This document shows positions 25,593-38,266 of a DNA stretch of 64,000 nucleotides, piece after piece. A model generated the notes under the pieces. The model did not search any database, was not told the origin of the DNA, and saw only the letters and a program-made list of their open reading frames with translations. The first letter of the stretch is position 1; each line of letters starts with the position of its first letter. Source of the stretch: Octopus vulgaris (taxonomy: Eukaryota); the NCBI GenBank assembly GCA_951406725.2, contig OX597833.1, positions 30,876,001 to 30,940,000 of the forward strand, read 5' to 3'. Position numbers and translations under genes: made by a program.

Positions 25593-27935
25593 CTATAAAT
25601 GGCAAAATTTCATATCAAGATGTCACTTAAGTTGGATTTTCTATTTAGATAAAGATTATTATTTTTTTTTTTGCATTAGTCTTGGAAATGAAAAAATTTT
25701 GGAAAATTTACAATTCCTCCCTCTCTCCCTTTCTCTCTCTATCTCTTTATTTATTTTCCAGACCAATTTTCAACAGTTTTGTTTGCACCACACACTTAAA
25801 AATGATGGGAGAAACCTTTTCGAAAAAAAAAAAAGAAAAGAAAAAAATTTGGAAATATTTTAAAATATAGAGATGTGTAATTTAAGGGAGATTTAACTAT
25901 TGTTTCTATCTCATCCCAAAACCATCTGATACCTTCCTTAGAATTGCATGTAGACCTAGATTACAAAACAAACGAAATGTGAAAATTAATACCTTGTTTT
26001 AAGCATTAAAAATGTAAAATAAAGGCTTTAACATCTGTAAATCTGTAACTTACAGCAAACTTGTTAGCTAGGGAGAAGAGAGAAAAAAAACTCAAAATTA
26101 ATATGTAAACACTAACTGTATTCAAAATCAGAAAAAAAAATCACATCTGGCTTTGTGCAATGAATATAATCTTTACTGGTGGAATTTGACCAATATTTCT
26201 TGAAGAAAAACTAAATTTGTATGTACAAGAATATCCGCTAGATTTACCTAATAGCCCTCCATATGTTAAAATAGCAAGAGAGAAAAAAACAACATTCTCA
26301 GTTTAATACATTTTTTGTAAAAATTTATGTTTACTTAGTAATTAGTTTGCCCATTTCTTGAAAACCTGGCTCAATTGCAATACTTGAAGTCTTGGATTTG
26401 TGTTCTGTTAGACCTCTTGCCACACACAAATACATTAGTTTGGCAAGTAGGATCAATATACCACCCTCTTTAGTGACTTTGTGCTTCTTCGCCATATCAC
26501 AACCAGAAATATCAACAACCATATAGAATTCGTGAGAAATTTTTTTTCATCTTGAAGAAAATACGTCCTTTTTTAAGTGAAAATTAACAATGAAATTTTA
26601 ACTTTTATATTTCGTAACAATTATCTGACCTAAACCATCAATTTTTTTGTCAAAATAAAGCAAAACGCTTCTTCTTCATGACAGTATGATTTTAACACAA
26701 CTTGAGTTATGGTACTCAAGTGCATTAAACTAGAATGTGGGCTACTCTTCAGCAGTTACAAAAAAATGGGACAAACTTTGTAAATGCATGGAAATACCAG
26801 AGTGTTTGAGGGACCCTGACATGATATGTAACTGAAGGATTTTAATTAAAACTATATAAGAAGAAGGTTCACATCCATAACTTTCAAATGATATATAATT
26901 TTCCTTGGAAAATGAAAATGAAGCAAAAAGTGTAATTTTTTCAGGGTCAAACTCCATTGTACAGTGTTCTGTAGTGGTACCTACTATTAATACTTTTGAC
27001 TCAATCTGATGTGTGTGTGTGCTTGCAATTAGAGTTTAGCCTCAAGTCAACTCTTAAAGACCTATGATCAAGCACATTACAACCATGACCATCCAAGTAT
27101 TATTTACCGTGTCTTTTCCATGTCTAAAGCAGTGGAAGTGTTTAACGGAGAATTAACTGGCTCCTATATGTAGCATATCAAGCAACTATATAGAGACATC
27201 TTCATTACTTATACACACACACACACACACATATCATTCAACTACAGTAGTAGTTGAATAATATTCTTAAGGCTGCAATTTACTCACATGCAGCATCTTT
27301 CAGAGCTTTTCGTTAATTCAGTTCTTAACCAAATTGAAAACTGTTAACATTTTTGAAGATGACTAGTCCCTAGCTACATTTTGGCATAAAATAAATTGAG
27401 ATTTGATCCAGTAGAAAAAAGTTTACATCAAAATTTGTAGCAATGTTATAGGAGAGTAAGTAATACCACCAATCAAGTTTAGATCTAAATAACTTTTTTT
27501 ATTTTTAAAGTAAAATATATTTATCTTAGCTTCAATGATTCATAGTTTTGGTTCCATGCAACAAAACTTTGTATCAGAAAAGTTGTATCATAAAAAAAGA
27601 TATAAGTAAGACAAAAAATTGGATTTAAGTATAACTAAAAAAACAAACTATATTTTAATTAAGCTTAAATAATAGAGCTCAATTCAAGGAATTTCATGGT
27701 ATCGATCTCATATAATGAAGTTTTAAAAGAAAAACGTTATGAGTGTTTTTTTCTGAAATCTGAGGGTGATAATATACTTCTATACTTTTTTATGAATATA
27801 GTTCTATAAGAAGACTTTTAATATATGTCATTGGCATGATTGAGGTAAGGAAAAAATTATAAATGACACTGCTAATTGGTACATTTGACACATTATTAAT
27901 TAGCGTAATAGCATAGCCTGGGAAAAACATGGGTG

Positions 27936-28716
27936 ACATAGAAAAATGCAAGCAAGAGAAATAATATTCTTAAGATTATAAACCTAGAAAATTACAGGAC
28001 AAGTTATTACACTTGGAAAAGTTCAGAACAACTTATTATATTTCTTGTAAAGTATAGAACAAGAAAATTTTTACTTAAAATATTGCAGCTAAGGATAATA
28101 TTTCAATATTAAAAATTATTTTACTTTAATTTACAAAGTAACATATAATTAAAAAAGGTAGCATCATTTTGTTAAAATATTGACACTAGAATACTTAAAA
28201 AATGAGAGCTGGAAGTACTAGTATGGCTAAAGTTTTATGCAAAGTAGAATAGTGTATATGGTAGGCAAATTCATTATGTAAAAAATAGGCATTGGATCCA
28301 AGACTATAAATGTGAAAACTTGACAATAATTCAAGCAAATTTTACTGTGAATTTGTTGTTATAGTTAGATTCTATTGCAATATATAACTAATTTTTGTAT
28401 TATTCTATTTATTGTACTAACTAATTATGTACTACTATTATTTTTTTACAACCTGTTTTCAAATTCCTAATTATTAATTAATAATTAAAACAATGAAGTT
28501 TTTAAAGTGCAAAAAATATTTTTATTGAGTTATTTTTCATTTTTAATAGAAGTAACAAGTAATAACAGATAGAAGCAATAACTTGTAATTAAATTTTTAG
28601 TTTTAATAAAAGCTAATATTTTCTAAATCTAAATATTTTATTTGAAATTTTATCCTTAGCTGCAATATTTTAAGTAAGAATTCTGAGTTCGGTTCCAGGC
28701 AGTGATCTGAATGATG

Positions 28717-28747
<31 letters not shown>

Positions 28748-29051
28748 CAACAACAACAACAATAATAACAACATCGAAAAACACCTTAGGAATGAGAACC
28801 CAGGTTCGAAATTTCCCCAAGACACCTGATGAAGGCTAGAGGGCATATCAGCTGAAATGTTGTGTTAACAACAAAGAAGATGAGGACAAATATCTGTCAA
28901 ATGTAAATAATGTAAATAAAATTTTCTTGTTCTGTACTTTACCATATGTAATAAGTTGACCTGAACTTTTCCAAGTGTAATAACTTGTCCTCTAATTTTC
29001 CAGGTTTATAATCTTAAGAATATTATTTCTCTTGCTCACATTTTTCCATGT
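27936..29051. repeat. Long imperfect inverted repeat (27936-28106 versus 28641-29051), right arm interrupted by an insertion
   Basis: agcaagagaaataatattcttaagattataaacc versus ggtttataatcttaagaatattatttctcttgct. Confidence 0.85.
28821..28866 (+). ncRNA. Minimal Penelope-type hammerhead motif, CpG-decayed
   Basis: gacac-CTGATGA-a-ggct..agct-GAAA-tg-TT-gtgtt. Confidence 0.6.
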
Positions 29052-29252
29052 GTATATATATATATATATTCGCATTTAATGACACTTATAGTTTTCCTTT
29101 TTGGTGAAGCTTTGCAAACTGCTGTCTACATTAATTTTATATATATAGATATATATAAATAATTAAGATTCAGTTGAATTAGATACTTACATTGAAGCGC
29201 CAAGTTAATGCGGTATTATCCGTACAACTCAAAGTAAGGTGAATAAAATCAA

Positions 29253-29803
29253 ATTAAAATAAGCAACAGGATATCAAGAGGTGATGCAGTATGACTGATT
29301 CAATAAATAAATAGAATGTTTTAATCAGTTAGACACATTAATATAATTTTACTCAAATTCTCTAATAGAGCAAGAAGAGGGAGAAAGTCCATGTTGCTAC
29401 TAATGTGACTTAGAATATATTACACTTCTAAGAACTGTATGAAGTTTGTTAGGGCCATAGCTTGTAAAGGATTGTGGTTCACTTTTATTAGCATCTTGCC
29501 CCTTTAAAGGGGCACAATCATTTACAAGCTATGACCCTTACAAACTTCATACAGTTCTTAGAGGTGTAGTATATTCTGAGTCACATTAATAGTAACATGG
29601 ACTTTCTCCCTCTTCTTGCTCTATTAGAGAATTTGAGTAAAATTATATTAATATGTCTAACTGATTAAAACATTCTATTTATTGATGCAACTGAGGATAG
29701 CCCTGTATTTAAACTGATGTAATGATTGCATTTTTCAATTAAATGGAGCCGCTTGAAACGGTCATACTGCAACACCTCTTAATATCCTGTTGCTTATTTT
29801 AAT
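29253..29803. repeat. Inverted repeat (29253-29476 versus 29513-29803)
   Basis: tagagcaagaagagggagaaagtccatg versus catggactttctccctcttcttgctcta. The right arm has an extra CTGAGGA...GAAACGGTC segment. Confidence 0.9.
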
Positions 29804-29960
29804 ATATACATATATAAATATATATATAAATTTAAATTTAACAATTAAGGATAACCTCTTAATAAGGAATCTTAACAAGAAATTATCAGGTAGATAGCGT
29901 GAAAAACCTCATAAGAGAAAAATTTCGAAAATAATTCTTTCTTATTGAACATATTAATTT

Positions 29961-32900
29961 CTGATGTTCACAGCAAGTCAATATTTTTTTCTCTCCCTAT
30001 CTTCCGTATCTCGCACAACTTACATACATTTGCCGCTAATCGTTTTTAAATGTTTGAACTTATACACTAACGAGCTTGCCTTCCCTATCTTATTCTTTCT
30101 CTACGAAATTTAATCCCTTAAGATACCCTCTATCTTTCTCTACGAAGTTTAATTCGATCTTCGCCACACTTTCCCTATCTTTATCTTTCTCTACGAAGTT
30201 TAATTCGATCTTCGCCACGCTTTCCCTATCTTTATCTTTCTCTACGAAGTTTAATTCGATCTTCGCCACACTTTCCCTATCTTTATCTTTCTCTACGAAG
30301 TTTAATCCGATCTTCGCCATTCGCGGTATCTTCTTCTTCTTCAAAAACGAAATCGCCATTACCATTCCCAAATTCAAACTTCCTTCTTCCCCAAATCAGA
30401 GACTTCCGGTCAATCCATCTAAAGGCACCTGGTCCCTCCCACCCCTATCATTCTTCCTGATCACTGATGTTCACAGCAAGTCAATATTTTTTTCTCTCCC
30501 TATCTCGCACAACTTACATACATTTGCCGCTAATCATTTTTAAATGTTTGAACTTATACACTAACGAGCTTGCCTTCCCTATCTTATTCTTTCTCTACGA
30601 AATTTAATCCCTTAAGGTACCCTCTATCTTTCTCTACGAAGTTTAATTCGATCTTCGCCATGCTTTCCCTATCTTTATCTTTCTCTACGAAGTTTAATTC
30701 GATCTTCGCCACGCTTTCCCTATCTTTCTCTACGAAGTTTAATCCGATCTTCGCCATTCGCGGTACTCCCGCCCTTTCCCACCCCCACCACCAATACCGG
30801 TGAACACTGTTCACACCATCTACACCGGATATTCCCTCCTCCCTCCTCCCCCACCACCATCACGTGTCTCTCCCTCCTACCCCTCCTCCTCACATGCTTT
30901 CACTGTGTACTACACCTCCCCCCACCAAGACAAGCAGCTAGCGCCATAGCTCATCAACCGCCCCACTGATCTTACGTTCCTCCTGTTTTGAATCTGTCAC
31001 CGCCTCAACCGGCTATCTCCTTCCAGTCCCCCCCCTCGTGATATCCTACGTTTTTATCTCTTACGAACCTGTTCCAACCCCTCCCTGTCATCATTCCTCC
31101 TTACCCCAACCTTCCCCGCTGGTGCTTCCCTATATTACCTGCACCCCCCCCACTTTCTCTCCCTCTCTTCTCACTGGTGGAACCTTTCTCAGCTGGACCC
31201 CCCCCCCCCCAACTCAACTCTAGAATATCTGTGTTTTTCCTCCTTCCTACACTGCCTAATTACGTTACTCAGTGACGATAACGCTTGCTTAGAATGCTAA
31301 TTTCAATAATTTCAGCCTTTCTGCCACATCTACATCATCAATGACCTTAACGCTTATGCCTACAACACTGCTAACACCAGCTCCTGCCCACGGCAGGTCC
31401 ACAATCTTAACATGCCTACAATGCTTGAATGTTGTCAGGTCGGAAGAGAGATCAGAAGAAAAATGCCACGGAAACCATCACCACCACAACAACCCTCTTC
31501 TTCTCAGGCACTGAATTGCCCCCCTCCCCCCCACATCTCCTTCCCAGTTTTCAGAGTTGGCACTATCAATATTGGTACATTGAAAGGCAGGTCTAGTGAG
31601 ATTGTAGAGATGCTTGAGAGAAGACAGGTTGATGTATGCTGCATACAAGAGGTAAGACGGAGAGGTGCTTCAGCTAGGGTCCTCACAGGCAAGGCACTTA
31701 AGTACAAACTCTTCTGGCAAGGTAACATGGAAGGTGTAGGGGGTGTAGGCATTCTCCTTGCGGAGAAATGGGTTGTCAGGGTTTGCGATAGAGTACTCAA
31801 GCTCAGGTTGGTCCTACAGAGTGGTACAGCTACGATTATCTCCGCCTATGCCCCACAAGCGGGACTACCAAATGATTTGTGGGTGGAGATTTTAATGGGC
31901 ATGTTGGGCGGGAATCGGGTATCTTCACTGGGGTACACGGTGGCCATGGTATTGGCACCAGAAATGATGAGGGAACTAGACTGCTGGAATTCTGTGATGC
32001 ATGTAACCTTTCAATCTGCAACACTAACTTCAAGAAGCCTGACTGCCACCTTATAACCTATCAGTCAGGAGACTCCGCTAGCCAAATAGACTTCATCCTC
32101 ACCAGACAGCGGGATGCAGGGTCACTCTTGAATACAAAGACCCTCCCGGGTGAAGAATGTATCCCTCAGCATAGACTAATCATCAGTGACTTTAAGCTTG
32201 AGGCCAGAAGGACTCCAAGAAACAAACCAATCCAGAAAAGAAGGATTTGGAGGCTAAAGAACCCTTCACATGGTCAGAAATTTAGGGACATACTCATCAA
32301 GAAATTTGATGAGAGGGAGGAGGAGCTCCAGACGTCAGACATAGAAGGTAGCTGGGAATTCCTACAGGACAGCTTGCTGAGTGCCACAGACCGAGTCTGT
32401 GGATGGTGCAAAGTCCCTTCCAGACCTAGAGTTACATGGTGGTGGAATAGTGCAGTAGATAAAGCCATTAGTGCAAAGAGACGGGCCTGGAAAGCCTGGA
32501 GGGATGGGGGCAGCAGGGAACTGTACCAGGCAGCCAAAAGGGAGGCTGGGCGGCAGGTATACATAGCCAAAGATGTAGCAGAAAAGAAGAAGTTTGCCAA
32601 TGTCCAGCGACGTGAGGACCAAAGAGCTGAGGTATTTCGGATTGCCAGACAGTGTGTCAGAGAAAATAGTGATGTTACAGGAGAGAAATGTGTCCGCGTG
32701 GATGATGGGGCACTTGCTTTTACTGTTAGTGAAAAGAAAGAGGCTTGGAGAAGCCATTACGAAAGACTGCTGAACGAGGAGAATGAATGGGAGGAGGAGA
32801 GCCTGCCAAATGTTGACCCAGTAGAGGGACCAGCTACCCGAATAGACAGCTCCCTTGTAGATAAGGCAATTAAGGATATGAAACCAGGCAAAGCCCCCGG

Positions 32901-34947
32901 CCCATCAGGAATCACTGCTGAGATGCTTAAAACAGCTGCCTATGTGGGCTATGGCATAGTCACCCGCATTGTAAACCAGGTAGTTCACAATGGAGTCATA
33001 CCCAATGACTGGCGTAGCAGCACCATAGTCAACTGCTACAAGGGTAAGGGTGATGCTCTAGATAGAAATAATTACAGGGGTATCAAACTGTTGGACCAGG
33101 TGATGAAGGTCACAGAGAGGGTCATAACCCATCTCATTAGGGAGAGAATTTGCTTAGATGAAATGCAGTTCGGTTTTGTGCCAGGTAGAAGCACCACTGA
33201 TGCTATATTCCTGGTCCGACAACTGCAGAAGTACCTAGCTAAAGATAAACCCCTCTACATAGCCTTTGTGGACTTGGAGAAAGCCTTTGACAGTGTTCCC
33301 CGTTCCCTTATCTGGTGGTCGATGCGGAAACTGGAGATTGACGAATGGCTAATAAGGGCTGTACAGGCTCTATACAGAGAGGCTGCCAGCAAGGTTAGGA
33401 TTGGCAACGAATATAGTGAAGAATTCCGGGTAGAAGTAGGTGTGCACCAGGGCTCAGCCCTCAGTCCCCTTCTATTCATCATAGTCCTCCAGGCAATAAC
33501 AGAGGAATTCAAAACAGGATGCCCCTGGGAGCTCCTCTATGCTGATGACCTGGCTCTCATAGCAGAATCACTACCGGAACTAGAAAAGAAATTTCGGGTG
33601 TGTAAGCAAGGGTTAGAATCAAAGGGCCTTAGAGTAAATGTAGCAAAGACCAAAGTAATAGTAAGCAGCAAGGCGTACTCAGCACACACCCCCTCGGGTA
33701 GGTGGCCCTGCTCAATCTGTAGGAAAGGTGCAGGTAGAAACTCCATAAGATGCACCCAATGTAAGCTATGGACGCACAAGAGGTGCAGCAACATTAAAGG
33801 GAAATTAACAGATAAGATAGCTTTCATGTGCGGCAGATGCACAGGGACAATAGACACCACAGACACTCAGAAAACAGATTCCATCACACTCCAGGGAGAG
33901 AAACTAGAAGTAGTTGATAGTTTCCGCTACCTGGGTGACCAAGTTAGTAGCGGAGGTGGATGCACAGAGAGTATCACCACTAGAATACGAATAGCCTGGG
34001 CAAAGTTCAGAAAGCTCCTACCCCTACTGGCGAAAAAGGGTCTCTCCCTCAGAGCGAAAGGTAGACTATGATGCATGTGTGCGAACTGCCATGCTTCACG
34101 GTAATGAAACATGGGCTATAACTGCAGAGGACATGCGTAGACTTGAAAGAAATGAAGCTAGCATGATCCGCTGGATGTGTAATGTCAGTGTGCACGCACG
34201 ACAGAGTGTAAGCATCCTGAGAGAAATGCTGGATATAAGAAGCATCAGATGTGGTGTGCAAGAGCAACGCTTGCGATGGTATGGTCATGTGCTGCGGATG
34301 GATGAGGAGAGATGTGTGAAGAAGTGCCACTCCCAAACAGTTGAAGGTATCAGGGGGAGAGGTAGACCCAGGAAGACATGGGATGAGGCAGTCAAGCATG
34401 ACCTCAGAGCATTGGGCCTCACTGAGGCAATGGCGAAGGACCGAGATCTCTGGAGATATGCTGTGACTGCAAAGACCCGGGCTGCTTCCTGCATCAGTTC
34501 CGCATAGCCCCTGCCCATTCAAAGTACCCCGGATCCCAGATTGTCCCGCTGTGCTTGAGGAGACCTGTTGAGTCAAGTACATGAACACTCCGAACACCCC
34601 TCCCCACTGGTGCTCCCCTATATTTCTGCACCCTCCCCCCCACATAAAAAGCACCATCCGAACGTGGCCGATGCCAGCACCGCCCCGACTGGCTTCTGTG
34701 CAGGTGGCACATAAAAAGCACCAACCGACCGTGGCCGATGCCAGACCCCTCTGGCACCTGTGCAGGTGGCACGTAAAAAGCACCCACTACACTCGCGGAG
34801 TGGTTGGTGTTAGGAAGGGCATCCAGCTGTAGAAACACTACCAGACCAGACTGGAGCCTGGGGCAGCCCCTGGCTCCCCAGACCCCGGTCGAAACCATCC
34901 AACCCGTGCTAGCGCGGAAAACGGACGTTAAACGATGATGATGATGA
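29961..34947 (+). mobile_element. Near full-length RTE LINE (APE endonuclease plus RT), disabled
   Basis: GTINIGTL, CIQEVR, SAYAPQ, GGDFNGHVG, QIDFIL, YADD, LRWYGHV. Deletion with frameshift near 31875, frameshift near 34068, (GAT)n tail, tandem monomers at 29961-30765. Confidence 0.95.
31412..34507 (+). pseudogene. Disrupted RTE polyprotein ORF
   Basis: ORF pieces 31412-, 31879-34071 and 34079-34507 lie in different frames. Confidence 0.9.
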
Positions 34948-35065
34948 GGGCATTATTATACATACATGCCTCACGCTAAGAGGGACATCAGTCATTTCTA
35001 CCAAAAAATTTTACTAATCATACCGAATGCAACTTTTCAAAGCAAGACATTTAAAAAATGAATTT

Positions 35066-35129
35066 AGTCTTGTATCACCTGTGATTTCGTACTTACCGCA
35101 GAATTGCGACCATACTCATCAGCAAGACT
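35066..35129 (-). ncRNA. Type I hammerhead ribozyme, apparently intact
   Basis: Reverse complement reads agtcttg-CTGATGA-gtat ggt cgca attc tgcg gtaa gtac-GAAA-tcac ag gtga-TA-caagact. Stem I 7 bp, G-C base of stem II, AUA cleavage triplet. Confidence 0.85.
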
Positions 35130-35527
35130 GATTCTGAATATATCATAAATAAACGACCTGTACCGTCGAAGTCGAACAGCCATCTGCTCTCTTCCAACGA
35201 AGCACATGGAGAAGTTTACATATTATACATCCGGTAAATGGCGGGCTTCTTCGAATTGCATTTCGGGTAGGAAAATTTTTTTGGGAATAAATTTAAATTT
35301 AACAATTAAGGATAACCTCTTAATAAGGAATCTTAACAAGAAATTATCAGGTAGATAGCGTGAAAAACCTCGTAAGAGAAAAATTTCGAAAATAGTTCTT
35401 TCTTATTGAACATATTAATTTATATATAGAGGGCATTATTATACATACATGCCTCACGCTAAGAGGGACATCAGTCATTTCTACCATATATATATATATA
35501 TATATATAAAATAATATGTTACATTAC

Positions 35528-35617
35528 TCAATAGTCAAGATAAAACTGTGAGTTTCAGATGCCAAAGTGGAAATTAACTTCGGCATCTGAAACTCAGAGT
35601 TTTATCTTGACTATTGA
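35528..35617. repeat. Hairpin inverted repeat, ~40 bp arms
   Basis: tcaatagtcaagataaaact..gagtttcagatgcc versus ggcatctgaaactc..agttttatcttgactattga. Confidence 0.9.
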
Positions 35618-35872
35618 CGCAAACACACCAGCATCGGTTGTCAAGCAATGCTCGGGGGACAGACACAGACACACAAACACACACACATACATACATATAA
35701 ACATATATACGACAGGCTTCTTTCAGTTTCCGTCTACCAAATCCACTCACAAGGCATTGGTCGGCCCGGGGCTATAGCAGAAGACACTTGCCCAAGATGC
35801 CACGCAGTGGGACTGAACCCGGAACCATGTGGTTGGTTAGCAAGCTACTTACCACACAGCCACTCCTGCGCC
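35618..35872 (-). mobile_element. tRNA-headed SINE
   Basis: A/B-box-like head on the minus strand; same family as 18727-18851 and 46945-47078. Confidence 0.8.
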
Positions 35873-36058
35873 TATATATATATAATGATAAATCTCAGAG
35901 CGAGTTATAAACAGTAGCAGCAACACATCGTGACGTATATTTGCCATTTGAATATGGCTAACCCCTAAGTGTGGATGCTACTGTAGTTTGTAGCCCCAGG
36001 AGGACACCTCCTCCAGCTGGCTATAGACACACTTTCTGTGCCCTATATATATATATAT

Positions 36059-36154
36059 GGTGTGCTATGTGAATTTATGGAAAGGTATCCCATAGAACTT
36101 AACAAATTTGTTGAGTTCTATGGGATACCTTTCCATAAATTCACATAACACACC
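36059..36154. repeat. Spacerless palindrome, 48 bp arms
   Basis: Centre aacaaa|tttgtt at 36106/36107. Confidence 0.92.
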
Positions 36155-36726
36155 ACATACAAGTATTATTTTCATATCTACCATCAAAATATGAAGAATC
36201 TTTATTAGAAATCAGTTTTTGGAATCCTCCAAAATAAAAAAGAAGAAATATAATTCAACCTTTTCACACACACACATACACATATATACTTGGAAATTGA
36301 TGTGACGCATTCAATTAAATAATAAATAATATATATATAAATTATTTATTATACACACCATATCATCTTAAAAAAGGGCACATCGAATAATGTAGTCCTA
36401 GATACACTATGTCTGGTAAAAAAAATGGTTGCAACTGAGATACTTTTGATCGAAGGTTTCTTGTATCAGTGCTGTTCTCTAGGTTAAACAATCACAGTAT
36501 GTACTTTTTTTAAAATATTCATCCAGAAAGGAACTTGAAAGAGTTGCAAATAGTCCTTTATTGATCAAAGTGAGTGGTGTATGATAGAATTGAATTAACC
36601 AGACCAAATGCTAAGCAACAACTAGTGCTATTAGATATCTTCTAACTGCTATTAGATGTCTTCTTAACTTTTTTGTTTTCTCCTTTATTTAAATTCCATT
36701 TGTGTGTGTTCTGCTTCCTCTTACAG

Positions 36727-36873
36727 AAAAATGCTGAAATTGCTGTCAGTGATATGCTTCATTCTATTGCCAAAGAGACAAGAAAACGTACTGGAAGCAC
36801 TCAGCTGTTTGCTGAGGACTTTATGGATGATGGGTCATGTATTCGACTGCGAGTTAATATAAATGAGAGCAAG
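36727..36873 (+). CDS. OPLAH: 5-oxoprolinase exon (KNAEIAVSDML...EDFMDDGSCIRLRVNINESK)
   Basis: ttacag|...|gtttgt boundaries; NAExAV and MDDGS motifs. Confidence 0.95.
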
Positions 36874-38131
36874 GTTTGTTATAATTTTGTTGCAGTGATG
36901 TGAACATAATATATGTTCACATCAGTGGTTCTCGATTGGGGTCCATATAAGATTTTGTTAAAATTCATGTGCAATAAATTACTTCTACTTCTACAATATG
37001 CAAAATATTAAAATTTTTTTAATATCATTCCTAATAGCTATTATAAAAATATAGTGGGACTTTTTTATATACATTGAATGCCTATGAAGGTCCAGTAATG
37101 TAAAATAGGAATCAAAGGAGTCCATAGGCAAAAAGTGGTTGAGAAGCACTGATCTACATAATTTTTACATTCATTTTCTCCATGTTGACATGGGCTAGAC
37201 AACTGTTACTGCTTCTCAAGATACAGCTTATGGAATCCATGTATCTTCTGTAGTTCATTTTTCTTTATTTTGGTTTAATTTTCTACAATTGGATAGCTTT
37301 TCTATCACTAGCTACTTTATATTGTGGACTAGGTGATGCATTTTATTGGACTGATGGCATTGGATAATTACTTTTCTCTCCAGTACACAAGTCCTTGGTT
37401 TCAATGGCTGCTTCACAGTTTCATAATCATTAACACCTTTTAACCAGCATGGATTAACCATTAAACAATATAAGTATGTGCTTAAGGCATTGAGTGGATG
37501 AGAGAGCTAGTTTAGTTATCCAATGCTGGACTTCATGGGTACAAATGGTAAATTATAGTGTTTTTGTTGGGCTTTTTTACCTTTTAAGCATTGAAAATTT
37601 ACATTTTTTTTTTTACTGTTAGTTTTGTCAGTTACACCAATAATTCCCAAGCAAATTTTGACACAGAACCCATTGTACCATTTTCCAAAATTACTGAATA
37701 CCAATATCTTAAAAATGATTTCCACCACCACCAACTTAATTTCAGTAAAACATTTAATAAAAAGAAAATTGTTTTAATGTGGAAATTAACCCATATGAAA
37801 ATAAAACCACAATTAATTTTTGAAAATGGAGAATAGCATTTATTTTATAAAGTATATGTTTATTAAGTTTTATTAAAAGACACCTTATTTTGTGGAATCC
37901 TAGATTATTTTTCATGGAGCCCCAGGATTCCTCAAAAACTACTTTGAAAGTCACTGAATTGGACAGTGGAAGAGTTGAAGAGTTGGGCTGTGTTTAGGCC
38001 ATCAGCTGGTCTTAATCTAGCTCTTCTTATGATCAAGGGCTGATTACAATTGAATATTAATTGTCACAATTTATTATCATCATCCATACCCTAAATATTG
38101 AAACATTCTTAGAAATGTGTGTTTATTTCAG

Positions 38132-38266
38132 GGGACAGCAGTATTTGACTTCACTGGCACAACACACCAGGTACATGGCAACTGTAATGCTCCCCGGGCC
38201 ATAACACTATCAGCACTCATCTACTGTCTCCGCTGTATGGTTGGTCATAACATTCCATTGAATCAG
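38132..38266 (+). CDS. OPLAH: 5-oxoprolinase exon ([10 protein letters not shown]...[27 protein letters not shown])
   Basis: tttcag|...|gtaagg boundaries; conserved hydantoinase B-type sequence. Confidence 0.97.

Larger units (their letters stand above)
29826..35486 (-). mobile_element. ~480 bp-monomer, 1.4-mer hammerhead-bearing element (Penelope pLTR or retrozyme-like), split by an RTE insertion
   Basis: 29826-29960 joined to 34946-35003 reconstitutes the direct repeat at 35287-35486; a hammerhead lies at 35066-35129. Confidence 0.7.

Noticed and set aside
35780-35872. tRNA gene
   Set aside because: A/B boxes belong to a multi-copy SINE head; no convincing cloverleaf.
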